A DNA stretch of 64,000 bases, from the IMG/VR virus record IMGVR_UViG_3300042691_041392; one strand, given 5' to 3'. A program made the translations under genes and the position numbers. Shown here in pieces: positions 57,501 through 64,000 of this stretch. Every line of letters begins with the position of its first letter. The stretch's first letter is position 1. The notes below the pieces were generated by a model. That model worked only from the letters and a program-made list of their open reading frames with translations, was not told the origin of the DNA and ran no database searches. This DNA is from a virus.

Positions 57501-58610
57501 AAGAAAGTAAACTTCGAAGGTGACTACCAAACAACAAGATATAAATCTGTTGATGTTTACGCTTCAACTTATAAAGCAATCTCGTTAAAAGGATTTAGAG
57601 TAAGAGAAGCTTCACTTCCTGATGGAACTGAAACTAGACAAAATGCTATTCTTAACTTAGTTGGTAGAGGAACTCCTTTATTCAAAGCGTTAACTAACAA
57701 AGAGGCATTAGATTTTAGATACTTAATTGACTCATTTGGATTAGGATTAACAGAAAGATCTAAACAACAATATGTTGATATCTGTGGAGATAGAAAAGAC
57801 GCATTTGGTTTCTTAAATATGCCTTCAATGAAGTCATTTAAAAACTCATCATCTCCAACATTCGTTAACTCTGAAGGTGTTTTACAAACAGAATTCATCG
57901 CTAAAGGTGGTGATCCTGAAAGTGGACCAGCATTCCTTTACTCATTCGGTGACGGAGCAGGAACAACTTGTGTAGGTTATTTCTTACCTTACTTAACAGT
58001 AAATGATAATGGTAGACCATTAGATATGCCACCAGCATCTCACGTAGCTACTACTTATATGAGAAAACATATCTCTAACTTAGGTGGAATAACTCCTTGG
58101 ACTATCGCTGCTGGTGTTACAAATGGTAGAATTACTAACATCGCTGGATTAGAACAAGATTTCACACTTGAAGATATCGAATTCTTAAACCAAGCTCAAA
58201 TGAACCCTATCGTATTTAAGAGAAATAGAGGTAATATCATCGAGACTGAGAATACAGCTCAAACTCTTTATAGATCAGCTCTTTCTTACATTCACGTTAG
58301 AGAGGTATTAATTGAGTTAGAAAGAGAATTATCTAGAATGTTATTAGACTTCCAATGGCAGTTTAACACTCCAGATATCAGAGCTGAGATTAAACTTAGA
58401 GCTGACTTAATCTGTGAAACTTATGTTAGTAGAAATGGTTTATACAACTACTTCAATAAAATGGATGAGGAAAACAACACTCCTGAAATCATTGACAACC
58501 AAATTGGTGTTCTTGATACATATGTTGAACCAATCAAAGGTATGGGTATCATTGTTAACAATGTTACAATTCTTAGAACTGGAGCAATTGACGCAGGTGG
58601 TTTCCTATAA
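54576..58610 (+). CDS. gp18: Tail sheath protein (gp18-like) with large insertion
   Basis: RPGIFLEEFD, KGPVNTP, FG; C-terminal PW..AAG...G, NPI, ALSYIHVR.VLI, N.PEIID. Confidence 0.9.
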   Translation: MAIQIGKYKRPGIFLEEFDNSVIATPLVEGITNMVMGVSKKGPVNTPIRITNVTDFENIFGTLDRSLERKGSFFHRTVAKMLETAPVFAMNLLLTDDNLDKIEYQSLSVSSDYANDIEREGAYRRFFDTTGFWKRDTESFINLTKSNTGYADRLLNITNLSDRFATVFIFKSSLTGFDRTLVEWYGSIDKIPAYVNSNDWASDYMVDVVVVAGDWSDYKTLAVDSRWSAYFNASGLRKSQIRNFANDRNVTLLGYYEGLSLIPYFRDANGRNIFIETTLNRDTDRTGIFCSFNADLAEADFFNGKIDLIGHTIAGKNETTINFLSYNETIAEEVEFVATPLDLPGNVTALMGTYSNGTHFFGGVSSYDNVSTFPVEPSGVQGGRSNTGFNNRTAWFSEGYVYDVMSTGTASVGTSSISITYSITDSSYLVVGNNYVPVTATGSLVVNSTDYTYSTVTASYYATYVLDSSGAFKVYKTTAQNTKPTVAATDTVLSYVFFKTRYGSILTSGYTQSNVTLNNTGAGGDDSYLDLVHGTASGKDYYISDLGSGSIKVSFNNTNSSPSTSNYEVYRRIKLFNKLVSILDSANKDKVVMVLKPSSISIDPVTGVGNDKYSLSGMTITDIVTSSTQNKSFVLNTGLTTADLSYVLNGFLCFYTVDNEFILGTEGFNTRMTSATQSFGIVSPYTKFYTQYFNGNINTSDYFYNNRMTEDILVAGGTVSVTFFDGETLSSITGFNTGVTSSFAGYDYILIDTSAISTSLGSNQDLGLEIGKVISIRGAETNTGTFTIDSDNLGAPNTGNGTGDFKLSSGSNLPDNYYVYRVVEETSYEVVNNVTFINDHSDYVHYLKMYLTGSNLTVDFKDSSLTSDERLHLYNNSTPSEDFRVASTFYVNSQDSNYKQTLEIESANGYTPVPNKILVKGERYTEVMIGDFLEAEYDSSLLKIGEYPRKLTRVLSKRAYAGDTSLVEITCDAAIKKVNFEGDYQTTRYKSVDVYASTYKAISLKGFRVREASLPDGTETRQNAILNLVGRGTPLFKALTNKEALDFRYLIDSFGLGLTERSKQQYVDICGDRKDAFGFLNMPSMKSFKNSSSPTFVNSEGVLQTEFIAKGGDPESGPAFLYSFGDGAGTTCVGYFLPYLTVNDNGRPLDMPPASHVATTYMRKHISNLGGITPWTIAAGVTNGRITNIAGLEQDFTLEDIEFLNQAQMNPIVFKRNRGNIIETENTAQTLYRSALSYIHVREVLIELERELSRMLLDFQWQFNTPDIRAEIKLRADLICETYVSRNGLYNYFNKMDEENNTPEIIDNQIGVLDTYVEPIKGMGIIVNNVTILRTGAIDAGGFL

Positions 58611-58622
58611 AAATAAAAACTT

Positions 58623-58654
58623 AAAAAAACCTCAGAGAAATCTGAGGTTTTTTT
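58623..58654. terminator. Terminator after the sheath gene
   Basis: AAAAAAACCTCAGA-gaaa-TCTGAGGTTTTTTT. Confidence 0.8.
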
Positions 58655-58742
58655 ATTTTATAACGTATAAACTTAATTATTATCAAATTATATAATAGAG
58701 GAGATAAATTCTCAAATATATATCAAAAAATAATTAATTTAT

Positions 58743-59690
58743 ATGTCACAAAACGAAGGAATGAGTGAAGAAGACTACTTAAAAAGACATCTTCAAGATT
58801 TAGATGAAGGTAAAAAAGTAGTTGAACAAAAACAAATGAATAGTGATATACCATTTCAAGCAGTTGATAATGCTAGAGTATCAGATTTACAATACTTTAA
58901 CTTTGATATTAGAGAATTACCTTGTGGGCAATTCTATCCAGCAGGAACTCTTTTTATGGTTAGACCAGCTCAAGTAAAAGAAATACAAGCATACTCTATG
59001 GTGGACGATCAAAACTTCTATGATATTGTAGAAAAAATGAACGATATGTTACAAGCTTGTGTTAGAATTAAATATCCAGATGGTAAAATTGCATCATATT
59101 TAGATATCAAAGACCAAGATAGATTGTTCTTAATATTTTTAATCAGAGAATTAACTTTCCAACAAGGAAATGGTTTATCTGTAAATAATGTTAGATGTTC
59201 ATGTGGTCAAGAGAATTCAATTGAATTAAAAAGAGGTAACTTTGTTTACTATGATATCGATGAAAAATTAATGAAGTTTTATAACAAAGGAACTGGATCT
59301 TATAATTTCTCAACTATACACGGTAAACATTTTGATTTAACACCACCAAATATTGGTTTACAAAAAGCTTTCAGTGATTATATACTCAAAGAAAATAACG
59401 AAAAAAGAAGTCCTAATTTAGCTTTCTTAAAAATCATCCCATTCATGTTAAATGGTAGAAGTCATATTACATACGAAGGAATTAAATCAAAATTAACAGA
59501 GTTTGAAGGTATGGATGATATTTCATTCCAATTCTTAAACGCAGCTGTTGGTAAAATGACTTTCGGAATTAAAGAATTAAAAAAGACTTGTTCGTGTGGT
59601 GAGGAGGTCCACACAGATATGCAGTTTCCCAACGGAGCCTCAGGTATTTTCGTTATTCATGATGCCTTTGAAGCATATATTAAAGAATAA
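58743..59690 (+). CDS. Baseplate hub assembly protein (gp26-like)
   Basis: LPCG.FYP...VRP..VKE...DRLFL...IRE...CSCG...CSCG. Confidence 0.6.
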   Translation: MSQNEGMSEEDYLKRHLQDLDEGKKVVEQKQMNSDIPFQAVDNARVSDLQYFNFDIRELPCGQFYPAGTLFMVRPAQVKEIQAYSMVDDQNFYDIVEKMNDMLQACVRIKYPDGKIASYLDIKDQDRLFLIFLIRELTFQQGNGLSVNNVRCSCGQENSIELKRGNFVYYDIDEKLMKFYNKGTGSYNFSTIHGKHFDLTPPNIGLQKAFSDYILKENNEKRSPNLAFLKIIPFMLNGRSHITYEGIKSKLTEFEGMDDISFQFLNAAVGKMTFGIKELKKTCSCGEEVHTDMQFPNGASGIFVIHDAFEAYIKE

Positions 59691-59898
59691 GTTATTACTT
59701 CAAAAGCACTTTCACACACAAGAGTGGGCTATGGATAATTGGCCCTTCTGGATGTTTGAAGAAAATATTAAATTAGTCAATGAAATTATTGAAGATGAAG
59801 AAAAACAAAGAAAAGATCAAGAGGGTGGACAAAATGCGAACCTTCCAGATACAGGATCAATAATGAGAAATATGACAAGTAATATGCCAAAATTCTAA
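59659..59898 (+). CDS. Baseplate hub assembly chaperone (gp51-like)
   Basis: KHF...MDNWPFW.FE..I.L......EE, directly after the gp26-like gene. Confidence 0.55.
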   Translation: MMPLKHILKNKLLLQKHFHTQEWAMDNWPFWMFEENIKLVNEIIEDEEKQRKDQEGGQNANLPDTGSIMRNMTSNMPKF

Positions 59899-59904
59899 AA
59901 TAAA

Positions 59905-59935
59905 AAAAAACCACTCTTTTGAGTGGTTTTTTTTT
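59905..59935. terminator. Bidirectional terminator
   Basis: AAAAAACCACTC-tttt-GAGTGGTTTTTT. Confidence 0.8.
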
Positions 59936-59948
59936 ATTATCATAAGTA

Positions 59949-60569
59949 TTAATATCCAGTGATAAGTGGAGGAGTAATTGAGAAGTTTTGATCAATGTAC
60001 TCATCAACAAAGTAATCATAAATAAAGTCAGCTTGAACTGTTTCAATTGTGTTGTTACCATTCCAATCTAAAGAGTAACCAGCTATTTGTTTAATTTGAA
60101 CGTTTTGGAAAGTTACACGTCTTAAAACAACACCTTTTTTATCATGTTGGTTAACAATAACAGTACCAATACAATCTGATTTATAGTGCATAGAACCATT
60201 TTGAGAGTTAAATACTAAATCATACCAAGCTTTAAGTGTATTCCAAGTCTCCATTGAACCAGCTTGATTAACATTAACTTGAAATTTAATGTTAAAGTCA
60301 CCACTAGTCTTAGTAGGAGTTGTATTAAATACTCTTGTTGAATACTTAAATCTTTGTTCTTTTTGACCAACATCAAATTGTGTTAAGTTCATATCAATAT
60401 TAGTAGCATTCTCTAATAAAAGTAGAGTATTTCTACCTTGTGCTGTTAAGATGTTTGGTAATACAAATGTTATCTCAAACAAATTTAAGTAAACAATCTC
60501 ATCAGGAAGAGTACCTGGCCCCCCTGGTGAACCAACATTCGAGATTTGTGTGTAATGAGGAAGTGGCAT
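59949..60569 (-). CDS. gp19: Tail tube protein (gp19-like)
   Basis: NLFEI, L.AWYDLVFN...G...YK, Q.DK.G, LDW and F.YDYF motifs. Confidence 0.75.
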   Translation of the reverse strand: MPLPHYTQISNVGSPGGPGTLPDEIVYLNLFEITFVLPNILTAQGRNTLLLLENATNIDMNLTQFDVGQKEQRFKYSTRVFNTTPTKTSGDFNIKFQVNVNQAGSMETWNTLKAWYDLVFNSQNGSMHYKSDCIGTVIVNQHDKKGVVLRRVTFQNVQIKQIAGYSLDWNGNNTIETVQADFIYDYFVDEYIDQNFSITPPLITGY

Positions 60570-60693
60570 ATTTTTTAATTATTTTTTCTAATTGTATCCA
60601 ATTATAAAGTATATATTTTTATTTTTTTTTCTCTTGTTTTTTCTATACTTTTCTTAGTATATATTAATTATAAAAACTAATTTTTTTCCATTT

Positions 60694-61503
60694 TCACACA
60701 ATACCGGAGAAGAATCCTTTTGGATAAGAGACATCATTTTTTTTACATAAATTGTATATTTTTCTCCAATTACAATCATATATTTTAGATAATTCAACAA
60801 TATTTAAATTCTCATTAATTTTAAGAATTAATTCATTTAAATCAATTTTGGCTTTATTGGAACTACGTATAGGTGGGTTATTAATAATCTCTAAACACTT
60901 ATTATACTTTCTTTTTAAACCCATCTCATATCCACACGGATATAAATAATTATATAAAGATTCTATTTCACTATACTTCTTAATTCTTATATAAGATGAC
61001 TTATTACCATTATTACTAATAACTCTTCTTATTTCATATTGAGATATATTTAATGATTTAAATAAACTCTCAATATGAGTCCAATCTTGTTCATATGATG
61101 ATGTTACATAAAATTGCCTATTTTTATTTTTCAAATTAAAATAAAAACAACCATCACCATCAATCAACCCAAGATAGAAATATCTAACCAAATCATTTGG
61201 TATATCATTTATTAAATCCAATGGTGATTTAGTACTTTTATTTAAAAAATATTTAGATATAAAAAAATCATAAAATTTAACATCACAGAAGTAAATAGTC
61301 ATCTGTGGTCTTCTATTCTCACGATGTCTATTCATAGTACATATCTTTAAAAAATCTATTTTTTTAATATCTTCTAATATTTCAATTGCATCATTTTCTA
61401 ATATTTCTACACCAACTCTTTTTCTTTCTATAAATCCATCAGACCATAAAAATCCCAAAAAATAGATAAAATATTTATTATAAACTATATTCACATATTC
61501 CAT
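60694..61503 (-). mobile_element. Free-standing double-motif LAGLIDADG endonuclease
   Basis: YFLGFLWSDG and FYLGLIDGDG; LKRK. Confidence 0.8.
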
Positions 61504-61569
61504 ATAATTATATATACAAAAGTGTTATGTCCCTATACATATTTGTAAAAAAAAAAAATAAAATTTATT

Positions 61570-62691
61570 ATGAAGGTTTATATGATAACTGATACTCATT
61601 TTGGTATCTATTTAAACAACTTAGATAAATGGTTAAATATGATGGAAAATACTATCTATAATTTTTTAATACCATTTTTAAAAAAAAATGTGAAAGATGG
61701 TGATATACTCATACATTTAGGAGATTTATTTGATAATAGAACATCAATACCAATTAACGTTTTAAATAAAGTTGAAAAAATATTAAAAGATATATCGAAT
61801 ATAATACCGATGCATATAATGGTTGGTAATCATGATTTATTCAACAAAGGATCCAATTCAATAAACTCGGTTAGGTTATATAGTTATATAAATGATAATA
61901 TAACCGTATATGAGGAACCAACAAATATAAAAGTAATGAATAAGAATTTAGTCTTAATACCATGGGTGGAAAAAAGAATTGATTTAATAAAGGTGATTAA
62001 GGATAACCAAGGTGATTACCTATTCTGCCATTCAGATTTAAATGGATGTGTAATGCATCTAAACTCCGTAGCTCACAGAAATGTTGATAAAATAGATGTT
62101 GAAGAGTTTGTTGGATATAAAGAAGTATTTAGCGGACACGTGCATATTTGTCAACGTAATAAGAATTTTAGATTTATTGGTAGTTTATGGCAAATGGATA
62201 GAAATGACACCGGTGACCAAAAAGGGATAACATCTCTTGATTTAGAGACTGGAGAAGTTGAATTTTACCCAAATAACTATTCACCTATCTTTAGAAAGTT
62301 TAGAGTTATCACAGAAGAGGATATTGATAGATTAGATGATTTAAGAGACACTAAAGACTATATTGATATATCTATATCAAATAACCTCCTAATCAACAAC
62401 AGAAAGCTTCGTAGAAAGTTAGAAGTGATGTTAGAAAGAGGTAACTTTGCTTCAGTTGAATATATTGATGATATTGTTCAAAAAAATGAAGATGGTGAAG
62501 AAATATCAGAAGCAGTTGAAATAAACGAAGAAACTATGGATATCTCTATTAAGTTAGAATATGAGAGTTATATAAAAGAATATATTCTTAAACAAAAGTA
62601 TGAGAATGAAGATTTCAAAAGTGGTATGTTAAATGAATACGACGAAATCATCAAAATATACGGAGAAAATTATAAATCAAATATAGATTAA
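61570..62691 (+). CDS. gp47: Mre11/SbcD-like recombination nuclease (T4 gp47-like)
   Basis: TDTHFG, LGDLFDNR, GNHD and SGHVH. Confidence 0.88.
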   Translation: MKVYMITDTHFGIYLNNLDKWLNMMENTIYNFLIPFLKKNVKDGDILIHLGDLFDNRTSIPINVLNKVEKILKDISNIIPMHIMVGNHDLFNKGSNSINSVRLYSYINDNITVYEEPTNIKVMNKNLVLIPWVEKRIDLIKVIKDNQGDYLFCHSDLNGCVMHLNSVAHRNVDKIDVEEFVGYKEVFSGHVHICQRNKNFRFIGSLWQMDRNDTGDQKGITSLDLETGEVEFYPNNYSPIFRKFRVITEEDIDRLDDLRDTKDYIDISISNNLLINNRKLRRKLEVMLERGNFASVEYIDDIVQKNEDGEEISEAVEINEETMDISIKLEYESYIKEYILKQKYENEDFKSGMLNEYDEIIKIYGENYKSNID

Positions 62692-62695
62692 AAAC

Positions 62696-62722
62696 AAAAC
62701 CCATCTTTAAGATGGGTTTTTT
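62696..62722. terminator. Bidirectional terminator
   Basis: AAAACCCATCTT-t-AAGATGGGTTTT. Confidence 0.75.
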
Positions 62723-62976
62723 ATTAGTTTTATTTTTAAATCACCAGTACCTTTTATAACACGATGATAAACACCCATTGGTATAAATACTTTACCTTCA
62801 ATTTTTTTAGGTAACTCATCATCCAATTGTATCAACCAATCAGTCTCTTCTAATGACTCTATAATACGATCTTCTCGGTCTCTATGCCAAGTAAATTCAC
62901 CAGAGTCAGTATCTTGTTTAAACTCTCTAATAAAAATGTTTTCTTCTAGCTCTATTTCTTTGAATGGTAGTTTCAT
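62707..62976 (-). CDS. Small cupin-fold protein
   Basis: WHRDREDR...FIPMGVYHRVIKG. Confidence 0.6.
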   Translation of the reverse strand: MKLPFKEIELEENIFIREFKQDTDSGEFTWHRDREDRIIESLEETDWLIQLDDELPKKIEGKVFIPMGVYHRVIKGTGDLKIKLIKNPS

Positions 62977-62979
62977 ATT

Positions 62980-63999
62980 CTATATATAAAAATATTCAGG
63001 ATAATTATTTGATTTTAATCTATATCTCATTATTTGTCTATCAATACCACTCTTCTCAACAGCCATTGATATAGATTCATATTCAACACCATTTATAGAA
63101 ACTGGTTTTAACTTCGGTACACCAGTTTCCTTTAGTTCAACTACTTTATCTAAGTAAAACCATTCTGGATATGATTTAGAATTAAGTCTCCAACTTATAT
63201 AATCATATTCTTTATTAAGAATCTTTGTAGCATCGGTTATAGAACCATATTCAACACCGTCTATTGACACTCTCTCTTTTTTTGATAAATGAGGATCAAC
63301 TTCAACAAATTTATTATACTTTATATTCAAATCATTATCAACAAAAAGATAGTTTTTAAAGCGTGGTGATCTAAGTCTAAATCGAATTAATGACCTATCA
63401 ATATCTATTTTACTCACAGCATCTGAAATTGAATCATATTCAACGCCATCTATTATTATTTTTATTTTAGTTTCTTGGTCAAATCGTTTTCTTTTTTCAT
63501 TAAGTCTAATCTTTATTTTTAATTTTAAATCTTGACCAAGATATTCATAGAATTTATATCTTCTTTTGAAAAACCTATTTGGAACACAATCGAGATAAGA
63601 AATTAGACCATCTATATTTTTTTCAAAAATTAACTTATCAATCTTATCAAATTCCAAATCTTCTCTAATTTTATATTTTCCAAAAAAATATTTTAATTCA
63701 TGTCCAAAAAAATCATAGAATCCATCAGTGTTTTTAAGAAAATTATTATAAACTCTTTTTTTAATCAATTTAATTTCATTCACATATTCATCAAACCTAC
63801 CTTGATTTATTTCATTCTTAATAAATTCACACCTTTCTTTGAATTTATCATTAAATTCCTCCCACCTCTGTTTATTTTTTAATATAGAATTAATTGATAA
63901 AATATTCTTATTAATATTTACTTTGAGTTTTTCTTTATATTCAGTAGCTCTTACTTCACCAAAAGACTCTTCATATGTTCTTCCTTTAGTTTTACTACT
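62980..63999 (-). mobile_element. Homing endonuclease C-terminal DNA-binding region (NUMOD-type repeats); 5'-truncated
   Basis: Three I.GVEY.SI..A.......I..RL.S..Y repeats; frame stays open to the window end (KGRTYEESFGE..A.EYKEKL). Confidence 0.65.
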
Positions 64000-64000
64000 T

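Noticed and set aside
1-64000. Stop-codon reassignment
   Set aside because: Core genes are full length under the standard code and coding density is high

Overview
Very AT-rich, gene-dense segment of a large T4-like (myovirus-type) jumbo phage, translated with the standard genetic code. The host is probably in Bacteroidota: there are TTTG-N19/20-TAnnTTTG promoters, A-rich translation starts without Shine-Dalgarno motifs, a Gln-start signal peptide, and ClpS and RNase R of that type. The window holds most virion morphogenesis genes: major capsid, protease-scaffold fusion, portal, both terminase subunits, sheath, tube, gp2/gp4/gp15/gp25/gp26/gp51-like proteins and a gp55-like late sigma. It also has a clamp loader, a gp47/Mre11 nuclease, a Dam-like methylase, NADAR, AIPR and free-standing homing endonucleases. 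Four things stand out. (1) A family of non-late proteins shares an R-[DE]-x-K-[LI]-x-x-[LI]-[LG] tag; two of them are degenerate copies of the phage's own major capsid protein and prohead protease (possible tagged decoys). (2) A translation quality-control set: a one-piece tmRNA with a GGCGGUA T-loop and a non-AA-ending 27-aa tag, a stand-alone NFACT-R (RqcH-like) domain, an M28 peptidase, RNase R and ClpS. (3) A TibC/Aah-type protein O-glycosyltransferase near two Gly-Thr-Ser collagen-like fibres. (4) About a dozen unrelated proteins share an MKYLKxFE-type, capsid-targeting-like N-terminus. All family assignments come from motif recognition by eye; no searches were run.
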